The notes beneath the pieces are model-generated. The model saw only the letters and a list, made by a program, of their open reading frames with translations. It did not search any database and was not told the DNA's origin. From Candidatus Nanopelagicales bacterium (GTDB lineage Bacteria > Actinomycetota > Actinomycetes > S36-B12), in assembly GCA_028687755.1 (NCBI GenBank), contig JAQTZL010000001.1, forward strand, positions 457,404 through 521,403: a DNA stretch of 64,000 nt, written 5' to 3'. Each line of letters begins with the position of its first letter. The first letter of the stretch is position 1. Positions 1 through 9,635 of this stretch are shown here, in pieces. Made by a program: the position numbers and the translations under genes.

Positions 1-337
1 CGCGCCAACCGATCAACATGCCACCACTCGATGAGAACGCACAGATCGCAGATGCCACACCAAATGTGAACAAACCAAAGCTCAGAATTTTCTTGCGGCC
101 ATATCGGTCACCGAGCACACCCATGGTGAACAGAAGCGCCGCAAAGGAAAGGGTGTAGGAGTCAATGGCCCACACCAACTCACCTTGAGATGCATTGAGG
201 TCTTTTTGGATTGTCGGCAACGCAATATTGAGCACCGTGTTATCCAGAACGACGACAAGCAAACTCACCACTAAAACAGCCAAAATTGCCCACCGACGAG
301 GGTGCCCTGCTCCTGATGTCATCCAGCTGTTATCCAT
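1..337 (-). CDS. MFS transporter, DHA2 (EmrB/QacA-like) family, N-terminal part only; gene runs off the left window edge
   Basis: Absent from the ORF track because there is no stop in the window. Reverse-strand translation from the ATG at 335-337 reads [47 protein letters not shown]...[16 protein letters not shown]. This has the TM1 LDxTVxNxALPxI and loop GDRxGRK motifs of drug-efflux MFS proteins. Confidence 0.8.
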   Translation of the reverse strand, partial: MDNSWMTSGAGHPRRWAILAVLVVSLLVVVLDNTVLNIALPTIQKDLNASQGELVWAIDSYTLSFAALLFTMGVLGDRYGRKKILSFGLFTFGVASAICAFSSSGGMLIGWR

Positions 338-452
338 GGCGGCCTCTCAATTGCGGTGTGCCCCGACAGTACGAGATGCATAGCTGGCCTCGGGTGTGCC
401 ATGATTTATATGTCCGGGGACTGCGACCGCAGCCTCGAGATGGGAGAAAGTA

Positions 453-1289
453 ATGGACGCTTCGTCGTCGACCCTGTATGGCTGCGTCGCTAATCGACGC
501 TTCACCATGCGCGATCTGCAGCTGGCAACGGATCGCAATGAGCGCTGGTCAATGATCACCGCTTACGACGCACTCACGGCAAGCATTTTTGAATCTGCCG
601 GTATCCCGTCACTCTTGGTTGGTGATTCAGCCGCTTCAGTGATCTTCGGTCACAGCACAACGCTTCCAGTCACTGTTGATGAGCTCATTCCTCTCGTGCA
701 AGCAGTCGTACGTGGCACTCAACAAGCGCTCGTTATTGCAGATCTACCTTTCGGCTCGTATCAAGCTTCGCCCGCTCAGGCCCTTGAAACCGCTGCACGC
801 TTCATGAAAGAAGGCGGTGCTCACGCGGTGAAACTTGAAGGTGGCGCTGCAGTACTCCCCCAGATTGAATTACTCGCAAACTCCGGCATTCCTGTGATTG
901 GCCACTTGGGCTTGACACCACAGTCTGTGAATTTATTCGGTGGCTATCGCGTCCAGGGTCGCGGTGAGCAAGGCGAGTTACTCATTCGCGATGCCAAAGC
1001 AATGGAATCCGCAGGAGCCTGCGGTGTGGTGCTGGAAGTTGTGCCAAGTGCACTGGCGGCCAAAGTAAGTGAGATGTTGGCGATTCCCACGATTGGGATC
1101 GGTGCCGGTCCTGGCACAGATGCTCAGGTCATCGTGTGGCAAGACTTACTCGGCGTTACTGCCGATCCTGCACCGAAGTTTGTTCGTCGTTATGCAGATT
1201 TGCGCGCCATTATGAGTGATGCCGTACGCGCATGGGGCGAGGATGTCGTCAGCGGGCATTACCCCGCTGACGAGCACACCTACAAATAA
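453..1289 (+). CDS. panB: 3-methyl-2-oxobutanoate hydroxymethyltransferase (ketopantoate hydroxymethyltransferase)
   Basis: 278-aa ORF. STLYG..RRFTMRDLQ..WSMITAYD, LLVGDSAASVIFGH, HAVKLEGG, IGAGPGTDAQVIVWQD and YPADEH are collinear with mycobacterial PanB as I recall it. Confidence 0.95.
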   Translation: MDASSSTLYGCVANRRFTMRDLQLATDRNERWSMITAYDALTASIFESAGIPSLLVGDSAASVIFGHSTTLPVTVDELIPLVQAVVRGTQQALVIADLPFGSYQASPAQALETAARFMKEGGAHAVKLEGGAAVLPQIELLANSGIPVIGHLGLTPQSVNLFGGYRVQGRGEQGELLIRDAKAMESAGACGVVLEVVPSALAAKVSEMLAIPTIGIGAGPGTDAQVIVWQDLLGVTADPAPKFVRRYADLRAIMSDAVRAWGEDVVSGHYPADEHTYK

Positions 1290-1294
1290 ATCGA

Positions 1295-1990
1295 CTAAAT
1301 GTCCGTAACTCGGATGCCTGAGTGAGCTTTGTAGCGGCGATTAATAGAAATTAAATTCGCGGTAAACGTTTCGATTTGTCCACAATTGCGAAGCCGACCT
1401 GCGAAGACTCCACGAATTCCTGGAATGCGTGATGCGATTGCCTGAACGACATCTGTGGAGTCGCGATCATCGCCAACAACGAGAACATCGGTCTCAATTG
1501 TTTCAACAGTTTCGTCGAGAAGTAACACTGCTGAGATGTGATGGAACGCGCCAACAACATGGCTCTCGGTAAGAATTGCTGCAGCTTGTTGTGCTGCTGA
1601 ACCTTCCGCAACAGGCAAGCCGTATGCGCCTTGCTTATCGAAACCAAGCGGATTTACGCAGTCGATGACGATTTTTCCTACCAAATGCGCTTTAAGGCCC
1701 TCTAAAAGCGTTGAATGACCATCCCAAGGCACTGCAACGATGACAACATCAGTATTTGACGCACAATCTTCGTTTGTTGCACCTTGAATACCGAAACCGA
1801 TCTCATCTGCAATTGATTGCGCACGTGATGCGTCACGCGATCCGATGACTACTTTCGAACCTGACATTGCAAGTCTGCGCGCTAATCCGCGGCCTTGTTC
1901 GCCAGTGCCACCAAGCACACCAATTGATAGTTGTGAAACGTCTGGAAGTACGCGAGCATCGCGTTGAGGGGCTGCAGAATCAGTTGTCAT
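1295..1990 (-). CDS. npdG: NADPH-dependent F420 reductase
   Basis: 231-aa ORF. N-terminal Rossmann motif IGVLGGTGEQGRGLARRLAMSGSKVVIGSR. Length and the C-terminal GRLRNCGQIE..LISINRRY are typical of the NpdG/FNO family. Confidence 0.8.
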   Translation of the reverse strand: MTTDSAAPQRDARVLPDVSQLSIGVLGGTGEQGRGLARRLAMSGSKVVIGSRDASRAQSIADEIGFGIQGATNEDCASNTDVVIVAVPWDGHSTLLEGLKAHLVGKIVIDCVNPLGFDKQGAYGLPVAEGSAAQQAAAILTESHVVGAFHHISAVLLLDETVETIETDVLVVGDDRDSTDVVQAIASRIPGIRGVFAGRLRNCGQIETFTANLISINRRYKAHSGIRVTDI

Positions 1991-2139
1991 AGTGCTAAAT
2001 CATGCCAGATGAAAAAAATCATTCGCGACACGAATGACATTCTGATTGTGTATGTGCTAGCGAAATGTGCAATGCTCTGCCAAAGTTTTAGTTGAAGGAC
2101 TCTGCTAGGGATGCAAAGTCCGACTATTTTGGAGGAACA

Positions 2140-2604
2140 GTGGCAGTCGCAAAGAAGGCAGCAAAGAAGGCTCCGGCCCGTAAAGCTGCAGCAAAGCGCG
2201 TTGCAAAGAAGGCAGTTCGCAAGACTGCTGCAAAGCGCACCGTCAAGAAGGCAACCGCTAAGAAGGCAGTTCGCAAGACTGCTGCAAAGCGCACCGCCAA
2301 GAAGGCAGTTCGCAAGACCGCTGCAAAGCGCACCGTCAAGAAGGCAACCGCTAAGAAGGCAGTTCGCAAGACTGCTGCAAAGCGCACCGCCAAGAAGGCA
2401 GTTCGCAAGACCGCTGCAAAGCGCACCGCCAAGAAGGCAACCGCTAAGAAGGCAGTTCGCAAGACTGCTGCAAAGCGCACCGCCAAGAAGGCAGTTCGCA
2501 AGACTGCTGCAAAGCGCACCGCCAAGAAGGCAGTTCGCAAGGCTGCACCTCGCAAGACTGCTGCAAAGCGCACTGCCAAGAAGGTAGTTCGTCGCGCGAA
2601 GTAG
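2140..2604 (+). CDS. Lys/Ala-rich histone-H1-like basic repeat protein, with no HU fold visible
   Basis: The track ORF starts at TTG 2092. GTG 2140 is preceded by GGAGGA (2131-2136), so I prefer it. The product is almost entirely AVRKTAAKRT[A/V]KK repeats with ATAKK inserts. Confidence 0.7.
   Translation: MAVAKKAAKKAPARKAAAKRVAKKAVRKTAAKRTVKKATAKKAVRKTAAKRTAKKAVRKTAAKRTVKKATAKKAVRKTAAKRTAKKAVRKTAAKRTAKKATAKKAVRKTAAKRTAKKAVRKTAAKRTAKKAVRKAAPRKTAAKRTAKKVVRRAK
2212..2583 (+). repeat. In-frame tandem repeat array: 39-nt unit gcagttcgcaagac[tc]gctgcaaagcgcaccg[ct]caagaag, about 9 copies, with interspersed 15-nt gcaaccgctaagaag inserts
   Basis: Near-identical nucleotide copies are visible directly in lines 2212-2583. 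All three forward and reverse frames stay open across it (ORFs 2111..2587 and 2124..2579). Confidence 0.9.
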
Positions 2605-2621
2605 TCACACCTGTTTGCGCA

Positions 2622-2660
2622 AACAAGGCCCGCACCGAAAGGTGCGGGCCTTGTTGTTTT
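2622..2660. terminator. Bidirectional rho-independent terminator between convergent genes
   Basis: Perfect 15-bp stem aacaaggcccgcacc / ggtgcgggccttgtt with GAAA loop, followed by gtttt. Confidence 0.85.
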
Positions 2661-2682
2661 CCTAGATCAGCGAAGCGACTGG

Positions 2683-2844
2683 TTAGTCGTCGTCATCCCC
2701 GTCAAAGGCTTCACTGCGTTCGTGTGCAGTCTTTAGCGCAGCGGCAGCATCGGCTTCAGTGGCGTAAGGACCCAAGCGTTCCGCATTGGGGCAACCAACC
2801 TGTGGCTCTACCTTCTGATGCTCAAGGCAGTAGTACCAACTCAT
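2683..2844 (-). CDS. Small conserved actinobacterial protein (53 aa), function unknown
   Basis: Below the ORF-track size cutoff. Reverse translation gives [54 protein letters not shown] recall the WYYC..H..VE....C....RLGPY..EA.A motif as a widespread small actinobacterial protein. Confidence 0.6.
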   Translation of the reverse strand: MSWYYCLEHQKVEPQVGCPNAERLGPYATEADAAAALKTAHERSEAFDGDDDD

Positions 2845-2887
2845 GACTTTTCCCTTCGTTTACGGACAAGAACCTAGACTGATCTCC

Positions 2888-3751
2888 ATGTCCAGTGCTA
2901 CCCAACCCTCACCTGTCGTGCCAGGCCGAGTGAGCCCCATGCGCAGCGTGCCCGCATCCATTGCTCGCCCGGAGTATGTCGGCAAGCCAGGCCCTGCCCC
3001 TTTCACCGGGTCAGAAGTCAAAGATGCCCAGACCATTGAGTCGATGCGCCGAGCAGGCAAGTTAGCCGCATTGACTCTTGAAGAAGTTGGGAGGCATGTT
3101 CGCCCAGGTATCACCACTGAACAACTCGACGTGATTGCCCATGAATTCATTTGCGATCACGGCGCTTATCCCTCTCCCCTGGACTACCGGGGCTTCCCTA
3201 AATCAATTTGCACGTCGGTCAATGAAGTGATTTGTCACGGCATTCCAGATACATCCGTGCTCAATGAAGGTGACATCGTCAATATTGACGTCACGGTGTT
3301 CATCGAGGGAGTCCATGGCGATTGCAACGCTACATATCCCGCTGGTGAGGTCATCGAACCCGTCGCATTGTTGATTGAGCGAACCCGCGAAGCATTAAAC
3401 CGAGGAATTAAGGCCGTGGCTCCAGGCCGTCCGATCAGTGTGATTGGACGCGTAATCGAAAGTTATGCGAAACGGTTTGATTACGGAGTGATTCGTGATT
3501 TCACAGGTCACGGCATAGGCACCGCGTTCCATTCAGGATTGGTTATCCCCCATTACGACGACCCGAACATGACCACAATCATGGAACCAGGCATGACATT
3601 CACCATCGAACCAATGATTGCTCTTGGAACTTATGACTATCAAATGTGGAATGACGGCTGGACTGTTGTGACCGCAGACCGCAAATACACCGCGCAGTTT
3701 GAACACACGGTGTTGGTTACGAACGATGGAGTTGAGGTGCTCACCGTATGA
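2888..3751 (+). CDS. map: Type I methionine aminopeptidase (MapB-like, with N-terminal extension)
   Basis: Metal-ligand motifs [24 protein letters not shown] and QFEHT. The N-terminus [19 protein letters not shown] parallels mycobacterial MapB. The track start at 2843 would overlap the divergent small gene, so ATG 2888 is preferred. Confidence 0.9.
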   Translation: MSSATQPSPVVPGRVSPMRSVPASIARPEYVGKPGPAPFTGSEVKDAQTIESMRRAGKLAALTLEEVGRHVRPGITTEQLDVIAHEFICDHGAYPSPLDYRGFPKSICTSVNEVICHGIPDTSVLNEGDIVNIDVTVFIEGVHGDCNATYPAGEVIEPVALLIERTREALNRGIKAVAPGRPISVIGRVIESYAKRFDYGVIRDFTGHGIGTAFHSGLVIPHYDDPNMTTIMEPGMTFTIEPMIALGTYDYQMWNDGWTVVTADRKYTAQFEHTVLVTNDGVEVLTV

Positions 3752-4506
3752 GTATCTGGCCCGCGGATGTGAAAACCCTCGCCATTGATATTGGTGGCAC
3801 CTCGTTCAAAGCTGCGATCTTGAATCCCCAAGGCGAGATGCTGACTGAGCAGGTTCGCATTGAGACTCCTTATCCATGCTTTCCAGAAGTTTTCTTGAGC
3901 ACGCTCAAAGATCTCGTTTCGAAACTTCCGTCAGCGCATCGCGTCACTGTTGGTTTTCCAAGCTTGATTCGCAATGGGGTTGTCGCGAGCATTCCGGGAT
4001 CACTTTCGCGCAGCGTGCTCAACGGTGAACGCGACCCCGACCTCATCGATGCGTGGGTGGGCTTTGAAATCCTAAAAGCACTCACTGAAACTTTCGAATT
4101 GCCAACCAAGGTCGAAAACGATGCTGATGTGCAAGGGTGCGCAGTCGTCGAAGGCAAGGGCCTTGAGTTTGTCGTGACCTTTGGCACCGGAGTTGGGACA
4201 GCCCTATTTTTGAATGGTCAACTTGTGACGCACCTAGAGCTCTCGCATGGTCCGTACAACTCAGAGATGACCCACGACATTGCCCTTGGTGATGGCGAGC
4301 TGAAGAAAATCGGCGAAGATGCATGGAAAGAACGCGTCCATAAAGGGTTGGCGCAATTTGATGCGATCGTGAATTGGGATCACCTGTATGTCGGTGGCGG
4401 AAATGCGCGATTGCTTGATCAGAGCGATATTGGCGAGAACGCAACTTTGGTTTCCAATGCCAATGGTTTGCTTGGCGGTATCCGCATTTGGGACCTCCAC
4501 GAATAA
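3748..4506 (+). CDS. ppgK: ROK-family sugar kinase, polyphosphate glucokinase-like
   Basis: [13 protein letters not shown] phosphate-1 motif, [17 protein letters not shown] and [10 protein letters not shown], collinear with PPGK. ATGA overlap with the map stop. Confidence 0.65.
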   Translation: MSIWPADVKTLAIDIGGTSFKAAILNPQGEMLTEQVRIETPYPCFPEVFLSTLKDLVSKLPSAHRVTVGFPSLIRNGVVASIPGSLSRSVLNGERDPDLIDAWVGFEILKALTETFELPTKVENDADVQGCAVVEGKGLEFVVTFGTGVGTALFLNGQLVTHLELSHGPYNSEMTHDIALGDGELKKIGEDAWKERVHKGLAQFDAIVNWDHLYVGGGNARLLDQSDIGENATLVSNANGLLGGIRIWDLHE

Positions 4507-4542
4507 GTTTCGATTTCAACTACTTATGCGTATGCTGGGCTC

Positions 4543-5007
4543 GTGACGAACTGGTTGGACCAAGAGCAGCAGGCCGTTTGGCGTGCATGGCTGAGTGCAA
4601 CCACCTTGCTTCCTGAGCAACTTGGACGAGACCTGCAAAGTGATTCAGACCTCACAAATGCCGATTACGAAATCCTGGTTCATTTATCTGAGGCAAGTGA
4701 CCGGCGGGTTCGCATGAGCGAACTTGCCGAGCGCACTCTTTCTTCACGTAGCCGCCTTTCTCACCAAGTCGATCGCATGGCCAAGGCTGGGCTTGTGACT
4801 CGAGAATTGTGCGCAGACGATCGCCGAGGCTCCTTTGCAGTCCTCACTGACAAAGGCTGGGACCTTCTCGTAAGCGCTGCTCCGGCTCATGTCGAAAGTG
4901 TTCGACGTCACTTAGTTGATGTACTTACGCCTGAAGAATTTGCCGCATTAGGAAACGCATGCGCAAAAGTGAGCAATCACCTGAAATCGCTGGTAGTTGA
5001 ACCCTAA
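4543..5007 (+). CDS. MarR-family transcriptional regulator
   Basis: 154 aa, GTG start. Winged-helix segment LTNADYEILVHLSEA..RMSELAERTLSSRSRLSHQVDRMAKAGLVTRE..DRRG. Confidence 0.85.
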   Translation: MTNWLDQEQQAVWRAWLSATTLLPEQLGRDLQSDSDLTNADYEILVHLSEASDRRVRMSELAERTLSSRSRLSHQVDRMAKAGLVTRELCADDRRGSFAVLTDKGWDLLVSAAPAHVESVRRHLVDVLTPEEFAALGNACAKVSNHLKSLVVEP

Positions 5008-5016
5008 ACTTCCGCG

Positions 5017-6393
5017 GTGACTAACTTCGGAACATCGTTTACTGCAACTGTTCGCACCACCCCAGAACATCATGCGTCAGGTGAGCTCACCAAGGTCGTC
5101 ACTGACCTCGGTGGCATCGTCACTGGCATGGACGTGGTGCATTCCTGCCATGAAGATGTAGTCCTGGAACTGACCTGCCTGATCGGTGGCGAAGACATTG
5201 ATCGCCGACTTGAAGATGCCCTGAACGCGCTCCCTGAAACTGAGGTCGAGCATGTGATGGACACCGTGATGTTGATTCATCTGGGTGGAAAGCTGGAAAT
5301 CCAGGCCACCTGCGCGATGGATAATCGCGTGGAGCTTGCTCGTGCGTACACCCCAGGAGTTGCACGCGTGTGCTTAGCAATTGCTGAAGACCCTTCACGC
5401 GCCCGTGAACTCACCATCAAACGCAACACTGTTGCTGTTGTCACTGACGGCTCAGCTGTGCTCGGTCTTGGCAATCTTGGACCCGAAGCATCAATGCCAG
5501 TGATGGAAGGCAAGGCAGCACTCTTCAAGCGCTTTGCTGACATCGATGCCTGGCCAATCGCGCTGGATACCAACGACGTTGATGAAATCGTGCGCACCGT
5601 GCAACTCATCGCTCCTGGCTTTGGCGGCATTAACCTCGAAGACATCTCAGCTCCACGTTGCTTTGAAGTTGAGCGTCGCCTTCGCGAGACCTTGACGATC
5701 CCTGTGATGCATGACGATCAGCATGGAACGGCAGTTGTGGTGCTTGCAGCTCTGAAGAATGCTGCGCGCTTGGTGAAGAAGGATCTCAGCAGCCTAAAGA
5801 TCGTGATGTCAGGTGCGGGCGCTGCAGGAGCTGCTGTCACTGGCCTGTTGATGAAGGCTGGCGTCCAAGACGTAGTTGTGTTCGACTCAAAGGGTGCATT
5901 GCATCAAGGTCGCACGTTCGATGACCCCGACAAGGCAGACCTTGCCAAGCGCACGAACCCACGCAACGTGTCAGGCACATTGGCTGAAGCACTCGTTGGT
6001 GCCGATGTGTTCGTTGGTGTCTCGCAGCCAAACTTGCTCACTGCTGAAGACATCTCACATATGGCCAAGGATTCGATCATTTTCGCGTTATCAAACCCAA
6101 CACCTGAAATTGATCCAGTTGAAGCCCATAAGCACGCTGCGGTGGTTGCAACGGGCCGTAGCGACTATCCAAACCAGATCAACAACGTATTGGCCTTCCC
6201 GGGCATCTTCCGCGGAATGCTCGATAGCGGTGCTCACATCATCACTGATGAGGTGCTGGTGGCTGCTGCAAACGCAATTGCCGATGTCGTGACCGATGAG
6301 AATCTCAATGCGGCCTACATCATTCCTAGTGTGTTTGATGACGGTGTGACGCCTGCTGTTGCTGCTGCCGTCGCAGCTGCAGCAATGAAGTAA
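5017..6393 (+). CDS. NAD(P)-dependent malic enzyme with N-terminal ACT-like domain
   Basis: ELARAYTPGVARVC, VVTDGSAVLGLGNLG, FGGINLEDI, MHDDQHGTA, SGAGAAG and ALSNPTPE motifs. Confidence 0.9.
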   Translation: MTNFGTSFTATVRTTPEHHASGELTKVVTDLGGIVTGMDVVHSCHEDVVLELTCLIGGEDIDRRLEDALNALPETEVEHVMDTVMLIHLGGKLEIQATCAMDNRVELARAYTPGVARVCLAIAEDPSRARELTIKRNTVAVVTDGSAVLGLGNLGPEASMPVMEGKAALFKRFADIDAWPIALDTNDVDEIVRTVQLIAPGFGGINLEDISAPRCFEVERRLRETLTIPVMHDDQHGTAVVVLAALKNAARLVKKDLSSLKIVMSGAGAAGAAVTGLLMKAGVQDVVVFDSKGALHQGRTFDDPDKADLAKRTNPRNVSGTLAEALVGADVFVGVSQPNLLTAEDISHMAKDSIIFALSNPTPEIDPVEAHKHAAVVATGRSDYPNQINNVLAFPGIFRGMLDSGAHIITDEVLVAAANAIADVVTDENLNAAYIIPSVFDDGVTPAVAAAVAAAAMK

Positions 6394-6394
6394 A

Positions 6395-6763
6395 GGACGA
6401 GCTGACCGATAAGCCGGATTCTGTCTCGGTAAACCGAGGGTGATCATCCATCTGCGATCACTGTTGCCAGTGAACTGGTGCGGCCTACCTGCAAATACCG
6501 AGCGAGCAACTCATTTGCACAGATCGCAAGCGATCCTCTTGGCCTTGCTCCAGGTGGGGTTTACCTAGCCGCTGTAGTCACCTACTGCGCTGGTGGTCTC
6601 TTACACCACCGTTTCACCCTTACCTCGATTACTCGAGGCGGTCTGTTTTCTGTGGCACTGTCCCGCGGGTCACCCCGGGTGGGCGTTACCCACCACCTTG
6701 CTCTGAGGAGTCCGGACTTTCCTCGACACTTTCATGCCGCGATCACCCAGCCAGCTCGTCCAC
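6395..6763 (-). ncRNA. rnpB: RNase P RNA, bacterial type A
   Basis: The reverse strand contains CGAGGAAAGTCCGGACTCC (universal GAGGAAAGTCCGG box) near the 5' end. The 3' end carries ACAGAATCCGGCTTATCGGTCAGCTCGTCC. The 5' GGACGAGCTGG pairs with the 3' CAGCTCGTCC (P1). ORF 6478..6774 on the + strand is an artefact of this RNA. Confidence 0.92.
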
Positions 6764-6812
6764 GTCAAGGTTAGGCCGCGATCAGCGAAACGTCCAATGC
6801 AAAGATGATCTC

Positions 6813-6950
6813 GTGCCCGTACCCAAAGTTAAGAATGGGTTTGACCCAAAAATCTGCGAACGGTGTGGTCGCCCGTTTGAATGGCGCAAAAAGTGGGCCA
6901 GGGATTGGGAACAAGTGAAGTATTGCTCAGAGAAATGCAAACGCGGATGA
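6813..6950 (+). CDS. DUF2256 small zinc-ribbon protein (45 aa)
   Basis: Below the ORF-track cutoff. From GTG 6813 it reads [45 protein letters not shown]. The CxxC...CxxxC pattern and RKKW..W..VKYCS.KC are characteristic of DUF2256. ATGA overlap with the downstream photolyase-like gene. Confidence 0.75.
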   Translation: MPVPKVKNGFDPKICERCGRPFEWRKKWARDWEQVKYCSEKCKRG

Positions 6951-8443
6951 TCACCGTTGTCATCCCCTACGACCAACTCAGCCGCACTCACGGCGCTATG
7001 AAGGATGCAGATCCTCGTACCCATGAGATTCTCTTGATTGAAAGCCAATCAATGATGGCATCACGCACTTGGCATGCTGAGCGGCTCTTCCTAGTGCTCT
7101 CAGCTCTTGAGCACTTTGCTGCTGAATTAACTGATGAAGGCTTCACTGTTCATCGAATGGAAGCGCCCTCTCTACGGGAGGGCATTTTGAAGTTCACATC
7201 TGAATATCCCTCGCACACAATCATTGCTACGCAACCTCGTTCACGTTCGTTGCAACGAGTATTCATTGAGCTGGAAATTGACCTCTTCAATGACGATTCA
7301 TTTTTGACATCACGAAGTGATTTTGAGGCTTGGGCACAAGGAAGAAAAAATCTCACGCAAGAGCACTTCTACCGGTGGCAGCGCGCACGTCTGGGATACC
7401 TCATGGATGGCTCCGTACCCCTTGGAGGTGCTTGGAATTTTGACCAAGACAATCGGCTACCGCCACCTAAGCCAGGATACGAGTGGCCAACACCAATCAC
7501 CTTCGCAATCGACAGCATCGATCAAGCGGTCGCAGCAAAAATCGAAAAGATCTCGGATTCGCATTGGGGATCTATCTCGATGGGAACCTGGGCTACAAAT
7601 CGAGCGGGTGCTCTTCAACAGCTTGACTGGTTTCTCGAACATTCCCTCAATGCATTCGGACCATATGAAGACGCCATGCCAATGGATTCCTGGGCTGGTT
7701 ATCACTCGATGCTTTCGCCTTATCTCAACCTTGGGCTCATAAGTCCAAGAGAAATATGTGACGCAGCTCTTGCCCGCTTTGCTCAAGGCGGTATTCCTAT
7801 CAATTCAATTGAAGGTTTCATTCGTCAGTTGATTGGATGGCGCGAATACATCAATGGCGTGTATTGGCTATTCCCGGAGGAATACCAAGCAAAGAATGAA
7901 CTCAACGCTCAGCGGCCACTACTTCCGCTCTTTGAAAATCCTGATGCCACACAAATGAACTGCATGAAATCTGTTATTTCAGATGTTGAAGCACGCGGGT
8001 GGGCACATCACATTCCTCGACTCATGGTCATGAGTAATCTCGCGCTGCTCGCCAACGTGAATCCACAAGAGTTTCTGGCCTGGATGCGAAGATCATTCAT
8101 CGATGCTGCTGACTGGGTGATGGTGCCCAATGTGATCGGCATGGGAATGCATGCAGATAACGGCACCATGATGACTAAGCCCTACATTGCTGGCGGTGCG
8201 TACATCAAACGCATGGGTCAGTTTTGTTCAGGATGCAAATACAAGCCAACAGAACGCACTGGTGAAACTGCTTGTCCATTCACGACCTTGTACTGGGATT
8301 TCCTGGATCGAAACCAGGCGACCTTTGCCAAGAACCACCGCATGGTTCAACAATTTGCTGGCCTGAGAAAAATCAAAGACATCGATGCAGTGCGCATGAG
8401 GGCAACTGAGGTGCTTCTCGGACTTGAAGACGGGACTATTTAA
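6947..8443 (+). CDS. Cryptochrome/photolyase-family protein, FeS-BCP / PhrB-type (6-4) photolyase-like
   Basis: ATG 6947 ([11 protein letters not shown]). [24 protein letters not shown] and HHIPRLMV. Four Cys in the pattern NCM ... [20 protein letters not shown] fit the 4Fe-4S cluster of the PhrB/CryB class. Confidence 0.8.
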   Translation: MITVVIPYDQLSRTHGAMKDADPRTHEILLIESQSMMASRTWHAERLFLVLSALEHFAAELTDEGFTVHRMEAPSLREGILKFTSEYPSHTIIATQPRSRSLQRVFIELEIDLFNDDSFLTSRSDFEAWAQGRKNLTQEHFYRWQRARLGYLMDGSVPLGGAWNFDQDNRLPPPKPGYEWPTPITFAIDSIDQAVAAKIEKISDSHWGSISMGTWATNRAGALQQLDWFLEHSLNAFGPYEDAMPMDSWAGYHSMLSPYLNLGLISPREICDAALARFAQGGIPINSIEGFIRQLIGWREYINGVYWLFPEEYQAKNELNAQRPLLPLFENPDATQMNCMKSVISDVEARGWAHHIPRLMVMSNLALLANVNPQEFLAWMRRSFIDAADWVMVPNVIGMGMHADNGTMMTKPYIAGGAYIKRMGQFCSGCKYKPTERTGETACPFTTLYWDFLDRNQATFAKNHRMVQQFAGLRKIKDIDAVRMRATEVLLGLEDGTI

Positions 8444-8829
8444 TTATCCGAGGTGAGGCACAGATCTGACCAGAGTTCTGCAGGAACGAGCGCATCAACC
8501 GGGCGCTCGCCATCGGTTGAGGGTGTGCCGCACACCGTCTCAGGTGCCTTGAGGACCCAGTTCTCACCCACCAACTCAAAGATGTATTCCTCTTGAACAA
8601 CCACGCCTTGTTCGTCCATCACTGTGGCTTGCGCATATGCCCAGCTGGGCGCGCACTTCAACGAGTCAAAGGAACTGATATGCATGTTTGATTCATGCAA
8701 GAACATGTCGATCGTGCCTTGGATGGTGCTCTGATCGCAGGCTGTACTGCCTGTTGGCTCAGACGGAGTCGATTGACAGGCGGTCAACGCGAGAAATGAG
8801 GCGCACAACACCACGATCTTGGCTTTCAT
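8440..8829 (-). CDS. Lipoprotein of unknown function
   Basis: Signal peptide plus lipobox, MKAKIVVLCASFLALTAC. Confidence 0.6.
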   Translation of the reverse strand: MKAKIVVLCASFLALTACQSTPSEPTGSTACDQSTIQGTIDMFLHESNMHISSFDSLKCAPSWAYAQATVMDEQGVVVQEEYIFELVGENWVLKAPETVCGTPSTDGERPVDALVPAELWSDLCLTSDN

Positions 8830-8873
8830 AGAGTCACGATCTCACACCTCGATGGCCTACGGTCAGGTTCACC

Positions 8874-9635
8874 ATGCTGATTCTGCTACCGCCAAGTGAA
8901 GGCAAGTCTGCTCCGGGAGGTGGCGCCAGCACCCGAGAACTCTCCTACCCGGAACTCAAGAAGCCACGGGCACTCGTTTGGAAAGCCTTGATTGCAATGT
9001 GCAAGGCAGATCCTCAACTTGCCGCGAAAAATCTTGGACTCGGTGTCACACAACTTGATGAAGTAACCGCAAACGCTCATCTAGCCAAATCAACATGCGG
9101 CCCAGCAATAGATGTGTACACCGGGGTTCTCTACGAAGCCCTTGGAGCAGCGACCTTAAATTCACGAACTCGCACAAAGCTCAATACGTCTGTTGCGATT
9201 TCCTCAGCGCTCTTTGGTTTGGTGCGGCCCCTTGATTTGATCCCTGCGTATCGCCTGAGCGGTAATTCAACTGTTACTTCACTACCCTCACTCGCGCAGG
9301 TCTGGCGTGACAGCGCTTCGGAAGCCATCGCCACATCCTCGGGACCAATTATTGATATGCGTTCTCAGACTTACGTTGCTCTTGGCCCAATTCCCACGTC
9401 ATGCCACGATCGAGCATTAACCCTTCGCGTACTTCATGAGCGAAATGGCAAGCGCAGCGTTGTGAGTCACTTCAATAAGGCCACGAAGGGTGAGTTCGTG
9501 CGCGCACTGATGCTGAAAGCGAAAACACCCACAAACATCAATGAGTTTTCAGCGGTACTCACTTCACTTGGGTATGAGTGGGAACTCAATGAACACAAGA
9601 AAGGCCCAGCTTTGCTGGACTTGATTACTCGCTAA
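8874..9635 (+). CDS. yaaA: YaaA-family peroxide stress protein (DUF328)
   Basis: N-terminal MLILLPPSEGK hallmark. Length 253 aa. Internal YTGVLYEAL. Confidence 0.8.
   Translation: MLILLPPSEGKSAPGGGASTRELSYPELKKPRALVWKALIAMCKADPQLAAKNLGLGVTQLDEVTANAHLAKSTCGPAIDVYTGVLYEALGAATLNSRTRTKLNTSVAISSALFGLVRPLDLIPAYRLSGNSTVTSLPSLAQVWRDSASEAIATSSGPIIDMRSQTYVALGPIPTSCHDRALTLRVLHERNGKRSVVSHFNKATKGEFVRALMLKAKTPTNINEFSAVLTSLGYEWELNEHKKGPALLDLITR

Noticed and set aside
2111-2587. Alternative-frame ORFs across the Lys/Ala repeat (2111..2587 on +, 2124..2579 on -), and the idea that the regular repeats are a CRISPR array.
   Set aside because: The repeats are contiguous 39-nt and 15-nt coding units with no unique spacers. 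A good RBS fits only the KKA frame. The other frames are open merely because the unit lacks stops.
6478-6774. 98-aa + strand ORF between the malic enzyme gene and the photolyase cluster.
   Set aside because: The region is fully explained by RNase P RNA on the opposite strand (GAGGAAAGTCCGG box, P1 pairing).
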